This document shows, piece by piece, positions 18,101 through 27,535 of a stretch of DNA of 64,000 bases. The notes beneath the pieces were generated by a model, which saw only the letters and a program-made list of their open reading frames with translations, was not told where the DNA came from and did not search any database. The stretch spans positions 2,036-66,035 of the forward strand of contig CAZIPI010000013.1 of assembly GCA_964541235.1 (NCBI GenBank), read 5' to 3'. The position numbers and the translations under genes were made by a program. Positions within the stretch are counted from its first letter, which is position 1; every line of letters starts with the position of its first letter. The DNA is from an uncultured bacterium. Its GTDB lineage: Bacteria > Fermentibacterota > Fermentibacteria > Fermentibacterales > JCC-6.

Positions 18101-18316
18101 GTCGCCTTTCCTGATGCTTTCCAGAAGGTCCTCATCGCCTTGGAAGGATGAGGCAGTGCGGGCGGGACCTTCAGGGCCCGGCAGCACCACGAAGGCCCCG
18201 TTGAAACCGCCCTTGCCGCAAAGGGCCTCACATGCGCTCTGAAGCATACCGCCGGAGCTGTCTCCACGAAGGAACACCCGCCCGGCTTCCAGCGCGGCCT
18301 TCAGAAATCCTTCCAT
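15188..18316 (-). CDS. Hybrid sensor histidine kinase (GAF-like N-terminus, multiple PAS, HisKA, HATPase_c, C-terminal receiver)
   Basis: H-box GGIAHDFNNIL, N/G boxes NLIINASES and DTGCGMD..FDPFFTTK..GLGL, and receiver LLVDDE...LLDMTMPRMDG...KPF. Several PAS S-boxes (ITERKAAE, VTDRKRVEE, ISDRKAAEEE). Confidence 0.9.
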   Translation of the reverse strand: MEGFLKAALEAGRVFLRGDSSGGMLQSACEALCGKGGFNGAFVVLPGPEGPARTASSFQGDEDLLESIRKGDLPGFVRTALQAPGVTVSGRWTGCRFETPDRYPGALFVGYSGDDPGVHDLLAGVARDLSFALERNSAIRDREETRNLLAEVYRNAPVLMLVADMNMRIIMANDHVCETAGRPLSEITGLKGGDALRCVHSQDHPLGCGHGPHCVDCAVKNMVLDTMTGGEPHHQEEVAVSFTAGGVQRERTLLMSTTRLEYRGEHAVLVALHDITERKAAEDQLIEAHSRLNTIMDITNTRLDVIDRDFNLIYVDPGWMKLHGDPRGHKCYAYFMGRDVPCDGCAIPMAIETGEVQVAEHTLLSEGGRVVEVHTIPMRGPEGELLVAEFNIDVTDRKRVEEELRAGENYLRSVFRAAPVGIGIVRDRILTEVNPTMCTMTGYTREELLGSSARILYPSDEDFDFVGTEKYRQIRERGAGTVETRFRRKTGEIMDILLSSTPLDPADLSRGVTFTALDISDARASARSLRESEEYLKAVFQSMNDGVFVDDAETMEIIDVNDTVCRMYGYTREEVIRRRIAGMSVDEPPYDQAHAVAHLERARLEGPQVFQWKARHRSGRTFWVEVNATYAEIVGKPRFIVTVRDISDRKAAEEEKLKLERQVHQAQKLESLGVLAGGIAHDFNNILMVIMGNAQLASREAPSDSPAQEHLSDIELAAHRASELCRQMLAYSGRAAFSMEVVSLSSLVREMAHLLKTSVSKKAALVLNLDESGCFVAGDPAQLRQVVMNLIINASESLMEHQGTISVTLVRCVLDGSSLEGYRFSGDPLPGDYAGLEIADTGCGMDEDAASRMFDPFFTTKFAGRGLGLVAVLGIMKAHGGGIQVVSAPGEGTTVRVLFPLAEQASAVPEEGGPSPSESWAGHGALLLVDDEKSLRDLGGKMLSLMGFQVETASDGIEALELIRDRGSVFRGVLLDMTMPRMDGLETCLELRRLYPELKVIMISGYSGEDMEARFRGKGISGFLQKPFTFMEMRSLLARVFP

Positions 18317-18433
18317 GGCTCACCCTCCCCCCGGCAGCCGCATGATCCCCACGATCCGCTTATATAGGCATGGTGGACCGTGAAGTCATGCGTTCTCCGG
18401 GGAAACTCGCCGACGGGTCCGGAGTGGCTCTGT

Positions 18434-20827
18434 TCAGTGAACCCTGGCTGAGAACTCTCCCGGGGTCCAGTGGATCGCCTTCGCCCTGGTAACCGCCAGA
18501 AGGTCGCCCTCGAAAGCCTTCAGGGCTTCCAGTTCCGCCTCGGGGACCGCCACCTCCAGCAATTCGATCTCGGAGGCCATGGAAAGGCTGTTCTCGCTCT
18601 TGTACCGCCTGGCCTCCTCGATGATCCTCAGGGCGGTCTCGCCGTTCTTCAGATCATCCCCGCGGAACTCCTGCGCAGGGGGCCAGGGGGCCACATGGAT
18701 GCTGGGGTGACCCTCGTGCTTCCTGAACAAAAGGCTGTAAAGCTCGTCGGTGATGTGCACCATCACCGGGGCGAAAAGCCTGAGAACTCCGTACAACGCC
18801 GTGTAGAGAGCATGCTGGGCGGCCCTTCTCGATTCGCCGTCATCACCGTAGAGCCTTGACTTCACTATCTCGAGATAGTTGTCGCAAAGCGCCTTCCAGA
18901 AGAAGGTCTCGGCTTCCCCGGTGCATGACGAGTACTCGTACTCCTCCATCCCCGATGAAGCCCGGGCGATGGTCGCCGAAAGCCTTGCCAGTATCCATCT
19001 GTCGAACGGGTGAAGTTCCGGGACCGGGCCGGGCTGGAAGTCCTCGAGGTGTCCCGCGGCGAACCGGGCAGCGTTCCAGAGCTTGGTCACCAGCCGTCTT
19101 CCCTCGCCCAGAACGTCCTGGCTGAACACCACATCGGTCCCCAGGCGGCTCGAGCAGGCCCAGTAGCGGAGTTCATCGGCGCTGTACACCTCCAGTGCCG
19201 CCAGAGGATCGCCGGCGACGTTGCCCTTGCTCTTCGACATCTTCTCCCTGTTGGTGTTCAGGGCATGGCCCGAGATCATCACCGTGTTCCAGGGGATCCT
19301 GTTCTGGTGCAGGTGCGCCTTGACGATGGTGTAGAAGGCCCAGGTGCGGATGATGTCATGGGCCTGGGGCCTGAGGCTCATGGGAAGGGTGAGTTCCCTG
19401 CGGTCTTCCTCGCCCCATTTCATGTTTATCTGGGGAGTGAGGCTGCTTGTCGCCCAGGTGTCCATGACGTCGGTCTCGGGAATGAAGCCCGAACTCCCGC
19501 ACCCGGGGCAGGGCCCGTCCGGCAGGTCAACAAGGGGATCAACGGGAAGCTGCCCGGGTGAGGCGAACACCGGGGCGCCGCAGCCTTCGCAGAACCAGAC
19601 AGGGAAGGGAACGCCGTAGTACCGCTGCCTTGAGATGCACCAGTCCCACTTCAGGTTCTCCACCCAGTGGTCGTACCTCACCTTGAAGTGCGAGGGATGC
19701 CACCGGATCTCACTGCCCCTGTCCAGAAGTTCCTGCTTCAGGTCCAGTATCCTGATGAACCACTGCTGGTTGACAAGGTACTCCAGCGGGGTGCCGCACC
19801 TTTCATGGACATTGACCGGGTGAGTTATCTCAACGCCGCCCTTTGCGTAGCCCTGGTCCCTGAGCCTTTCGACCAGGACCTGCCTGGCCTTCTTCCAGAA
19901 GAGCCCCTGAAGGAAGCCCGCGTTACCGTTCATGTGCCCGTTCCTGTCAAGGACTATCCTCAGGTCCAGGCTGTAGTCGTTCCACCACTGAATGTCGGTG
20001 GTGTCGCCGAACGTGCAGCACATAACCGCTCCGGAACCCTTTTCGATGCTCACCGCAGGGTCGGTGAGGATGTCCACGGCGCGGTCGAACAGGGGAACCA
20101 CAGCCCTCTTGCCCCTCAGGTGAATCCACCTGGGATCGGAGGGGTTCACGAACACCGCCACGCAGGCCGGAAGCAGTTCGGGTCTGGTGGTGGCTATGGG
20201 CACCGTTCCCGTTCCGTCCTCAAGGGGGAACTCCAGGTCATGGAAGAAGCCGGGAAGCTCCCTGTCCTCGGTTTCAGCCTGGGCCACGGCCGTGCAGCAC
20301 TCGGGACACCACAGGGTGGGCGATTCCCGCCTGTATATCCTCTCCTTCTTCACGAGGTCGAGGAAGGAGCGCTGACTGAGCCTCTGGACCCATGGGTCTA
20401 TGGTGGTGTAAAGAAGGCTCCAGTCGCAGCTGAAGCCGAACCTGGTCCAAAGGTCGCGGAACTGCTCCTCGGCCCCGGCGGTGACCTCGAGGCAGAGCTT
20501 GACGAACTCCGCCCTTGGCATGTCCGTGGCCTTCACGCCCTTCACCTTCTCGGTGAACCTCTCGCTGGGAAGGCCGTTGTCGTCGAAGCAGAACGGGTAG
20601 AAGACCAGGTCGCCCAGCATTCTGCGGTAACGCGCCATGACCTCGGCCTGAACGTAGCTGAAGACGTGCCCCATGTGGATCATGCCGCTTACGGTGGGCG
20701 GGGGGGTGTCGATGGAGAAGACGCTGCGCCGGGGATCGGGGGAATACCTGTAGATCCCATCCCGGACCCACTGGCTCTGAAGCCTGGGCTCGGCCTCCCT
20801 GGGGTCGTACCTTTTGGGCATGGACAA
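18434..20827 (-). CDS. valS: Valine--tRNA ligase (short, actinobacterial/archaeal-like form)
   Basis: IDTPPPTVSGMIHMGHVFSY (HIGH region), KMSKSKGNV, class-I editing-domain length. 797 aa, without a long C-terminal coiled coil. Confidence 0.85.
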   Translation of the reverse strand: MSMPKRYDPREAEPRLQSQWVRDGIYRYSPDPRRSVFSIDTPPPTVSGMIHMGHVFSYVQAEVMARYRRMLGDLVFYPFCFDDNGLPSERFTEKVKGVKATDMPRAEFVKLCLEVTAGAEEQFRDLWTRFGFSCDWSLLYTTIDPWVQRLSQRSFLDLVKKERIYRRESPTLWCPECCTAVAQAETEDRELPGFFHDLEFPLEDGTGTVPIATTRPELLPACVAVFVNPSDPRWIHLRGKRAVVPLFDRAVDILTDPAVSIEKGSGAVMCCTFGDTTDIQWWNDYSLDLRIVLDRNGHMNGNAGFLQGLFWKKARQVLVERLRDQGYAKGGVEITHPVNVHERCGTPLEYLVNQQWFIRILDLKQELLDRGSEIRWHPSHFKVRYDHWVENLKWDWCISRQRYYGVPFPVWFCEGCGAPVFASPGQLPVDPLVDLPDGPCPGCGSSGFIPETDVMDTWATSSLTPQINMKWGEEDRRELTLPMSLRPQAHDIIRTWAFYTIVKAHLHQNRIPWNTVMISGHALNTNREKMSKSKGNVAGDPLAALEVYSADELRYWACSSRLGTDVVFSQDVLGEGRRLVTKLWNAARFAAGHLEDFQPGPVPELHPFDRWILARLSATIARASSGMEEYEYSSCTGEAETFFWKALCDNYLEIVKSRLYGDDGESRRAAQHALYTALYGVLRLFAPVMVHITDELYSLLFRKHEGHPSIHVAPWPPAQEFRGDDLKNGETALRIIEEARRYKSENSLSMASEIELLEVAVPEAELEALKAFEGDLLAVTRAKAIHWTPGEFSARVH

Positions 20828-20839
20828 AGCGGGGCCCTC

Positions 20840-22189
20840 CTATTCCTCCCAGCCGGTTCTCATGAGCCGGGCCATGACTTCGACGATGTTGTCTATGTCC
20901 ACCCTTATCTGGCCCAGGGAATCCCGGTCCCTGACGGTGACCTTGCGGTCCGTGAGGCTATCGAAATCGAAAGTTATGCAGAACGGGGTTCCGATCTCGT
21001 CGTTCCTTCGGTAACGTTTCCCGATGGAGCCCGTGACGTCGAACAGCACCGGCCAGTGGGGACGCAGGGCCTCCTGTATCCTCTCGGCGTCATCAGCCAG
21101 CTTCCTCGAGAGGGGGAGCACGGCGGCCTTCACCGGAGCCACCTTCCTGTCCAGGGAAAGGACCACCCTCTCCCGGCCTTCGACCTCCTCGGTCCGGTAA
21201 CCGTCCAGAAGGACGGCGAGGAACGTCCTTCCCACGCCTCCCGAGGTTTCCACCACGTGGGGCACGAACTTGCGGCCACTAATGGTGTCGTGGTAGCGGA
21301 GGTCCTTCCCCGACGCGTTCATGTGGGCGGTCAGGTCGAAATCCGTCCGGTTGGCTATGCCTTCAAGCTCCCCGAAACCGTCCCCTCCCGAAAACGGAAA
21401 GCGGTACTCGATGTCCGTGCATCCGGCGGCGTAGTGAGCCAGTTCGCTCTCAGCGTGGGGTCTCAGCCTCAGGTTCTCGGGTCTTATGCCCAGAACGTCG
21501 GTGTACCAGCTCATGCGGCGCTGTATCCAGTACTGATACCAGGTCCCGGTCTCCTCGGGGCTGCAGAAGAACTCCATCTCCATCTGTTCGAACTCGCGGC
21601 TTCGGAAGATGAAGTTCCTCACCGTTATCTCGTTCCTGAAAGCCTTGCCGGTCTGGGCCACCCCGAAGGGAACGGCAAGGCGGGTCGAGGTGACAATGTT
21701 CTGGAAGTGGGTGAATATGGACTGGCACGTCTCGGGTCGAAGGTAAACCACCGCGGTATCGTCCTCCACGGGACCCATGAACGTCTTGAACATCAGGCCG
21801 AAATCCCTGGGTTCGGTGAGTTCGCCCCCGCACTCGGGGCAGGCCTGCCCCTGGATCTGGTCTGCCCTGAAGCGGCTGCGGCACTTCCTGCAATCCACAA
21901 GGGGGTCATGGAAGTTCTTCAGGTGCCCGGATGCCTCCCAGACGCCGGGATGGGTGATGATGGCTGAATCCACTCCAACAACGTCGTTGCGGGTACGGAC
22001 CATCTCGTTCCACCAGAGGTCGGTGATGTTCCTCTTCAGTTCGGCCCCCAGGGGACCGTAGTCCCAGGCGGATTGAAGCCCGCCGTAGATCTCCCCGGAA
22101 GGGTAAACGAAACCCAGCCTCTTGCAGAGGCTTATCACGTCGCGCATCAGGTCCCGCTCCTGTGGTCCCTGTTCCAGTTCAGGTTGCAT
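20840..22189 (-). CDS. glyQS: Glycine--tRNA ligase (homodimeric GlyQS type)
   Basis: LCKRLGFVYPSGEIYGGLQSAWDYGPLGAELKRNI, class-II motifs and a C-terminal anticodon-binding region. Start at 22189 or at ATG 22147; both have an RBS. Confidence 0.9.
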   Translation of the reverse strand: MQPELEQGPQERDLMRDVISLCKRLGFVYPSGEIYGGLQSAWDYGPLGAELKRNITDLWWNEMVRTRNDVVGVDSAIITHPGVWEASGHLKNFHDPLVDCRKCRSRFRADQIQGQACPECGGELTEPRDFGLMFKTFMGPVEDDTAVVYLRPETCQSIFTHFQNIVTSTRLAVPFGVAQTGKAFRNEITVRNFIFRSREFEQMEMEFFCSPEETGTWYQYWIQRRMSWYTDVLGIRPENLRLRPHAESELAHYAAGCTDIEYRFPFSGGDGFGELEGIANRTDFDLTAHMNASGKDLRYHDTISGRKFVPHVVETSGGVGRTFLAVLLDGYRTEEVEGRERVVLSLDRKVAPVKAAVLPLSRKLADDAERIQEALRPHWPVLFDVTGSIGKRYRRNDEIGTPFCITFDFDSLTDRKVTVRDRDSLGQIRVDIDNIVEVMARLMRTGWEE

Positions 22190-22931
22190 CGAGAATGTCC
22201 TCCATGATCCGAAGGGCCTTCAGGGGAAGCCTCTTCTCAAGGTGAGTTTCCGTGTACTCCCGCAGAAGGCCCAGGCACTGCCGGTAACCACCGGGCCATA
22301 ACCTGACCTTCGCCGCTTTCTCCAGGGGCGTCCCGGCGGACCTGGCCAGAAAGCCCATAAGGCCCGGGGAGACCTGCTCGTCGCCCGGACCGCACCCGGA
22401 ACAGACCACTCCCCCCGCAAGCGCGTTCCAGCGGGGGTTTTCCGGCTCCTTCCTCCCGCACAGCGAGCATGCCTCCACCTGCATCCCGTGGCCGGAAAGG
22501 GCCAGAAGCCTCTGGACACCACCGCACAGGACCGGCATCGGGGGCGCCCCCGATTCCAGAAGGTCGAACACGTTGTCCAGCAGGTGGTACACCGGCTGTG
22601 AAGGTTCGTTGCCGTGGCTCACCACCGCAAGAAGCCATTCAGCGAAGACCCCTGCGGCGGAAAAGGCCTCCACGTTTTCCCGAAGCCCTTCCCTGTGCCC
22701 GAGGACCGTGACCTCCATGGCCGTGTCCAGCTCGCGCCCCTCCCTGCGGGAGAGGGTGAACTCCCCCTCGGAGAAAAGCTCGACCCTTCCGAAAAAGGCG
22801 CCCTTCGGCCGAAGGCAGCCCTTGGCCATGGCGCTTGCCCTTCCCAGGTCCAGGGAGTACAGGGTAAGTATAAGCGATGATTCGCTCCAGCGTACCCTTC
22901 TCAGCACGAAGGCGGGTGTGGTGAGCCTCAA
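22179..22931 (-). CDS. recO: DNA repair protein RecO
   Basis: N-terminal OB-like AFVLRRVRWSESSLILTLYS and C4 zinc motif CSLCGRK...VVCSGC. Conserved position downstream of the ybeY block. Confidence 0.8.
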   Translation of the reverse strand: MRLTTPAFVLRRVRWSESSLILTLYSLDLGRASAMAKGCLRPKGAFFGRVELFSEGEFTLSRREGRELDTAMEVTVLGHREGLRENVEAFSAAGVFAEWLLAVVSHGNEPSQPVYHLLDNVFDLLESGAPPMPVLCGGVQRLLALSGHGMQVEACSLCGRKEPENPRWNALAGGVVCSGCGPGDEQVSPGLMGFLARSAGTPLEKAAKVRLWPGGYRQCLGLLREYTETHLEKRLPLKALRIMEDILDAT

Positions 22932-24133
22932 TCGGACCTTTCGGCGGGGGCCACCTTCAACAGGAGGATGCGCTGGGCCCGGACCTTCTCGACCGTGAAG
23001 AGGTAACCTTCCACTTCCACGGTCTCGCCGGGACGGGGAATGTGCCCCAGGTGCCTGTAAACAAGGCCGGCTACGGTCTCGTAATCGTCATCCTCTTCGA
23101 AAGAACTGTCCATAAGGTCGTTCAGGTCCTCCACCGGAAGCCTTCCGTCAACCCTGTAGGCCCCCCTTCCCAGGGAGAAGGAGAGCGGCGACTCGGTGTC
23201 GTACTCGTCGCGTATCTCGCCGAACACCTCCTCAACCAGGTCCTCCATGGTGACTATCCCCGCCGTGCCGCCGTACTCGTCCACCACTATGGCCATGTGT
23301 ATCCGGTGGGCCTGGAACTCACGGAACAGCTCGTCTATCCTCTTGTACTCCGGAACGAAATAGGCCTCGCGGAGAAGGTCCCTCATGTGGAACTCGCTCT
23401 TGCCCTGGGCAAGTATGTCGAGCAGGTCCTTGGTGTACAGCACACCCTGAATGTCGTCTATCTTCTCTCTGTAAACGGGGATCCTGGAATGGCCGGCCTT
23501 CCTGACCCTGGCCGCCACATCGGCCAGGTCGTCGGAGAGGGGCAGACATACCATGTCAATCCTGGGGACCATGACTTCACGCACGATCCGGTCGGAGAAG
23601 TTCAGGACCGAATCCACCATTTCCTGCTCCTTCTCGAGGTCTCCTGCGTCACCCTTCTCCCGCCTCTGCTCCAGCCACATGATGTCCGGCGGGGTGAAGG
23701 CCCATTCTTCGGGCACAGCCTCGCCCGAGCGGTTCCTCCCCAGGAAGATCCCGGCCGGTACAGTGAAGAGCACCCTTATCACAAGCATGGGAAGCTTCAG
23801 GAGCCTGGCGGCGCTGTCCGGGTTGCGATGGGCGAGCCAGGCCGGGAACACCTCGGAGACCATCACGGAGACCGTGAGCATCGCAAGCCAGTTCACCACC
23901 GAGAACCGGGCATCCGGAGTCCCGGCGATCATGGCGCATCCGGAACCTGTCAGGGTGTGCCCCACCACCCGGGCAAGCCACAGGACCCTGAGCCTTGACC
24001 CGGCCTCCCTGCGCCTCTGGGCAGGGTCACGGCCCTGCTGTTCCACCAGTCCCGGAAGGGCTGCCCTGGCTGCCGCCGCAGCGGATGTGAGAAGCAGGCC
24101 GGCAAGCAGTATCGAGACCTCCAGCGGGCTCAT
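22928..24133 (-). CDS. CNNM/CorC-HlyC family protein (DUF21, CBS pair, CorC_HlyC)
   Basis: TM N-terminus, CBS-pair region (VREVMVPRIDMV...IPVYREKIDDIQGVLYTKDLL) and C-terminal ETVAGLVYRHLGHIPRPGETVEVEGYLFTVEKV. Confidence 0.8.
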   Translation of the reverse strand: MSPLEVSILLAGLLLTSAAAAARAALPGLVEQQGRDPAQRRREAGSRLRVLWLARVVGHTLTGSGCAMIAGTPDARFSVVNWLAMLTVSVMVSEVFPAWLAHRNPDSAARLLKLPMLVIRVLFTVPAGIFLGRNRSGEAVPEEWAFTPPDIMWLEQRREKGDAGDLEKEQEMVDSVLNFSDRIVREVMVPRIDMVCLPLSDDLADVAARVRKAGHSRIPVYREKIDDIQGVLYTKDLLDILAQGKSEFHMRDLLREAYFVPEYKRIDELFREFQAHRIHMAIVVDEYGGTAGIVTMEDLVEEVFGEIRDEYDTESPLSFSLGRGAYRVDGRLPVEDLNDLMDSSFEEDDDYETVAGLVYRHLGHIPRPGETVEVEGYLFTVEKVRAQRILLLKVAPAERSD

Positions 24134-24528
24134 GCCAGAACTCCCGCGACGAACCGGGCAGTGAGCCTTTCCATGAGCACAGCCTTCTGGGGGGAGTGAT
24201 GGCTGTAGCCCCTGAGATGGAGCCAGCCGTGTATGATGCGCTCCACCAGCTCGGAAAGCGGCGGAGCGAGCCTCCCGTCCACGAAGATGGTCCCCTCGGG
24301 CGGGCCGCCCGGGTCCGAAAGATCGAAGGTCAGCACGTCAGTGGGCCTGTCGAGCATCCTGAACCTTCGATTCAGCATCCGCATCATCCCCGGGTCGCAT
24401 ACGACCACTTCTATCCTTCCATCACCCGCCATTACCGGGGCGAGCTTTTCCTGCAGCCCCCTTATCACGGGAGATGGGTTGTCAAGAACCACTTCCACGA
24501 TCAGGGAGGGCTGCCTGTCAGCGGCCAT
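24130..24528 (-). CDS. ybeY: rRNA maturation endoribonuclease YbeY
   Basis: Zinc motif HGWLHLRGYSH and TDVLTF; size 132 aa; 4-nt overlaps on both sides. Confidence 0.9.
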   Translation of the reverse strand: MAADRQPSLIVEVVLDNPSPVIRGLQEKLAPVMAGDGRIEVVVCDPGMMRMLNRRFRMLDRPTDVLTFDLSDPGGPPEGTIFVDGRLAPPLSELVERIIHGWLHLRGYSHHSPQKAVLMERLTARFVAGVLA

Positions 24529-26530
24529 CAGGGTAGTCCCTCACCCTTTCGTAGTCCGCCTTCGTCAGTATGTCCAGGAACACGTGCCACAGATCGTCCT
24601 GCATGGACCTTGTGAGTCCGCACAGGTCGTACTGCCCGTCCGCATCCTTCTCCTGTATGGTCCGCTTCACAACTTCGGCAACCTCGTTCTGGCCCTTGAG
24701 CATCCGGGCGGCGCTGGACGCAGAGTCTGCGGTCATGACCAGGGCGGCTTCGATGCTCCTGGGTTTCGGCCCCGGATACCTGAATGCATCCTCGTCCAGG
24801 GTTTCGCCCGGCTCCAGGTTCTTCCTGGCCTTCACCAGGAAGCTCATGGTCCTTCCAGTGCCGTGGTGCTCGCGGATGATGTCTATAACCTCGGAGGGAA
24901 GATGGTGTTTCCTGGCAAGCTTCACGCCCTGGTGGACATGGTCTATGACAAGTGCGGCGCTCTCCCTGGGATCCATGTAGTCGTGGGGGTTGTAATATGA
25001 CCGGTTGGTCATGTTCTCGATGAACATCCCGGGCTGTTTCAGCTTTCCGATATCGTGGTAGAACCCGCCCATCCTCGCCAGCTCGTGGTCGGCGCCAAGC
25101 TTCACCGCGGCCGCCGCCGCCAGTTCCGCCACCTGGAGCGAATGGGTGTACGTTCCCATGGCCTCGGCCCTTAGCCTGACCCGGAGCGGATGGTCGTCGC
25201 TGAGAAGTCTTCCGTGGGTCAGCCTGGTGGTGACCCTGAACGTCATTTCCATGGGGTGTATCAGGATCCTGGCGATGGCGATGGAACCCAGGGGGATCAG
25301 AACCAGCAGAAGCACCAGGCTTCCGTCGAAGCTGTATCCGGGGCCTATCCAGGACGTGTGCAGCGCCCAGTACATCAGAAGGCTTCCGGCGACCGAGATC
25401 AGCAGAGAGAGCGAGACCTTCCCGTCGGAGAGCTGTCTGAACACGCCGGAGGCAAACACCGCCGGCAGGGCCGAAACAAGGAACGCGGTGTAGGGGCTGC
25501 CGCTGCCCAGGGCTGCAAGGGCCGAAAACACAAGAGTAAGGAACCAAGCGTGATAGACCCCCGGGGAATCGAAGAAGACAGCGGTCATGCACGCTCCGAA
25601 GAGGCTGAAAGATACCACCTGAAGCCTGGCTGAACCCAGCATACGCCATAGAAGGCCGGTGCAGGCCAGGGAGACCGTCCATATGCTTCCCAGGAGCAGT
25701 ATCCGCGAGGGGGAGGCCACGACCCTTCCCATGGCTCGCCAGCCGTACATCACTCCAAGAAGGATGAGAAGGATCGAGGGAACGAGCCTCGCGGCGGCCC
25801 TCAGGGGGCCGGGATAGGAAAGGGAGCTGTTCATGGCGTCATAAACCCTGAAGAACTCGTCGTCCGGTATGCCTCCGGCCGGCAGCAGCGTGTCGCCCGG
25901 CGAGTACACCCTCTCCACCGTTGAAACCCGTCTTGCCGCGGCGGTCATGGCGCTGTCCCTCAGGGACTCGACGGGCATCAGGTCGGGAAGGAGCAGGTTC
26001 GATATGCTCTCTGCGGCTGCGGCGGAGAAAACGGCCAGCAGGTCCCGTCGAAGGAACTCCCTGGCCTCGCGTACACCGGTGAAGCTCTCGCCGGTGCCGA
26101 AGGTCCTGCCGCCGTCGTCTTGGACCAGAACCACAGAGTCGCTGGTGGTGGACGACCTGAGCAGATCTTCGTCAACTATCCCGCTCCCGTAGTAATCGTT
26201 CCGGGCTATGCCGGCGGTGAAGATCGAATCGCCGAGTGACGCGTTCAGGGCGTTGCCTATGCTCTCGAGAGATGCGAGGCGCACTTCGGGGGAGCGGGTC
26301 AGGAAGACCGGTGTTGCGCTCCTGGCCAGCTCTCTCAGGGAATCGAGGACTTCAGGGGAGTAATGCAGTTCAAAGGAGACAGGGGTCACTATCTCCACCG
26401 GCACCGGCTGCCCCGGGACCGGGCTCATGTCGGAAAGCACGGCCTTCCCGCCGAACATCATGATCCAGACCGCAAGCAGCCCCCCGGCCACTACGACCGC
26501 AATCCCGCGTCTGCCCCAGTTACCTGTCAT
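24518..26530 (-). CDS. pgpH: 7TM-HD membrane phosphohydrolase (PgpH/YqfF family)
   Basis: Extracellular N-terminal domain, 7 TM helices, C-terminal HD domain (THSLQVAELA...FYHDIGKL...IIREHHG). Confidence 0.8.
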   Translation of the reverse strand: MTGNWGRRGIAVVVAGGLLAVWIMMFGGKAVLSDMSPVPGQPVPVEIVTPVSFELHYSPEVLDSLRELARSATPVFLTRSPEVRLASLESIGNALNASLGDSIFTAGIARNDYYGSGIVDEDLLRSSTTSDSVVLVQDDGGRTFGTGESFTGVREAREFLRRDLLAVFSAAAAESISNLLLPDLMPVESLRDSAMTAAARRVSTVERVYSPGDTLLPAGGIPDDEFFRVYDAMNSSLSYPGPLRAAARLVPSILLILLGVMYGWRAMGRVVASPSRILLLGSIWTVSLACTGLLWRMLGSARLQVVSFSLFGACMTAVFFDSPGVYHAWFLTLVFSALAALGSGSPYTAFLVSALPAVFASGVFRQLSDGKVSLSLLISVAGSLLMYWALHTSWIGPGYSFDGSLVLLLVLIPLGSIAIARILIHPMEMTFRVTTRLTHGRLLSDDHPLRVRLRAEAMGTYTHSLQVAELAAAAAVKLGADHELARMGGFYHDIGKLKQPGMFIENMTNRSYYNPHDYMDPRESAALVIDHVHQGVKLARKHHLPSEVIDIIREHHGTGRTMSFLVKARKNLEPGETLDEDAFRYPGPKPRSIEAALVMTADSASSAARMLKGQNEVAEVVKRTIQEKDADGQYDLCGLTRSMQDDLWHVFLDILTKADYERVRDYPDGR

Positions 26531-27464
26531 CTTCCTCGGTGTTTCCGAAGGCCTCGATGATCCTCTGGACCAGCGGGTGCCTTACCACATCTTCCTTCTC
26601 GAGATAGACGAAAGCCACTTCCCTGATGTTCCTCAGTATCTTCTGTATCCGTACCAGCCCCGATGCGGCCGCGGGCTTCAGATCAACCTGGGTAATGTCT
26701 CCCGTTACCACGAGCCTGGATCCGTAGCCCATTCTGGTCAGGAACATCTTCAGCTGGGTGAGGGTCGTGTTCTGCGCCTCATCCAGTATCACGAACGAGT
26801 TGTTCAGTGTGCGCCCCCTCATGTAGGCCAGGGGCGCGACCTCGATTATCCCGGCTTCCATGTTCCGGGCGACCCCCGCCGGCGTCAGGGTGTCGTCCAG
26901 CGAATCGTATATGGGCCTGAGGTAGGGGTCTATCTTCTGCTGAAGGTCGCCGGGAAGGAAACCCAGGTTCTCGCCGGCCTCCACAGCGGGCCTTGTGAGG
27001 ATTATCCTCTCAACCCTTCCGTCGCGCAGGGCCGCAACCGCTGCCGCCACGGCAAGGAAGGTCTTCCCTGTGCCGGCCGGCCCGATGCTGAACACCAGTT
27101 CATGGCTGAGCATGGCCTTCAGGTAGTTCTCCTGACCCGGGGTTCTCGGGGCGATCCTGCCGGCTCGCCCGGGGACCTCCATCACAACGCCTGAAGCCTT
27201 CATCTCGGGGAACTCAAGGGCCTTGGCGACCTGGGAGGCGTTAACGGTCCCGCAGGAGTTCAGAACGGAGATGAGCCTCTCTACCGTTGCCTGGGCTCTG
27301 TCCAGCGCCCTGGCGCTTCCGTTGAAAACCAGGGTCGAGTCGCGGTAAACCGCGCTCACGCCAAGTTCACGGCAGATCTCGCGAAGGTTGGCGTCCCCTG
27401 GACCCAGAATAAGCCTGGCTGCTTCGGGCGGGATGGGTATCCGTCTTGCTGACGAAGGTTTCAT
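26520..27464 (-). CDS. phoH: PhoH-like ATPase (YbeZ)
   Basis: Walker A GPAGTGKTFLAVA, ILTRPAVEAGENLGFLPGD and VVTGDITQVDL. Confidence 0.9.
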   Translation of the reverse strand: MKPSSARRIPIPPEAARLILGPGDANLREICRELGVSAVYRDSTLVFNGSARALDRAQATVERLISVLNSCGTVNASQVAKALEFPEMKASGVVMEVPGRAGRIAPRTPGQENYLKAMLSHELVFSIGPAGTGKTFLAVAAAVAALRDGRVERIILTRPAVEAGENLGFLPGDLQQKIDPYLRPIYDSLDDTLTPAGVARNMEAGIIEVAPLAYMRGRTLNNSFVILDEAQNTTLTQLKMFLTRMGYGSRLVVTGDITQVDLKPAAASGLVRIQKILRNIREVAFVYLEKEDVVRHPLVQRIIEAFGNTEEDDR

Positions 27465-27480
27465 TCTCTCCGAAACCGGA

Positions 27481-27513
27481 CAGGCTCCCCGCCCACTGGG
27501 GACAGGGAGCCTG
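27481..27513 (-). terminator. Possible terminator hairpin after the LysM gene
   Basis: 9-bp GC stem CAGGCTCCC/GGGAGCCTG with a 15-nt loop. The U-tract is weak. Confidence 0.3.
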
Positions 27514-27535
27514 AGACTTGGTCCACTATCGCTTG

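Noticed and set aside
19667-21967. A 766-aa plus-strand ORF, the longest unexplained ORF in the track.
   Set aside because: It runs antisense across both valS and glyQS, which have unmistakable synthetase motifs. Its translation is low-complexity (G/P/V/H/R-rich) with no motif. This is a typical GC-rich shadow ORF.
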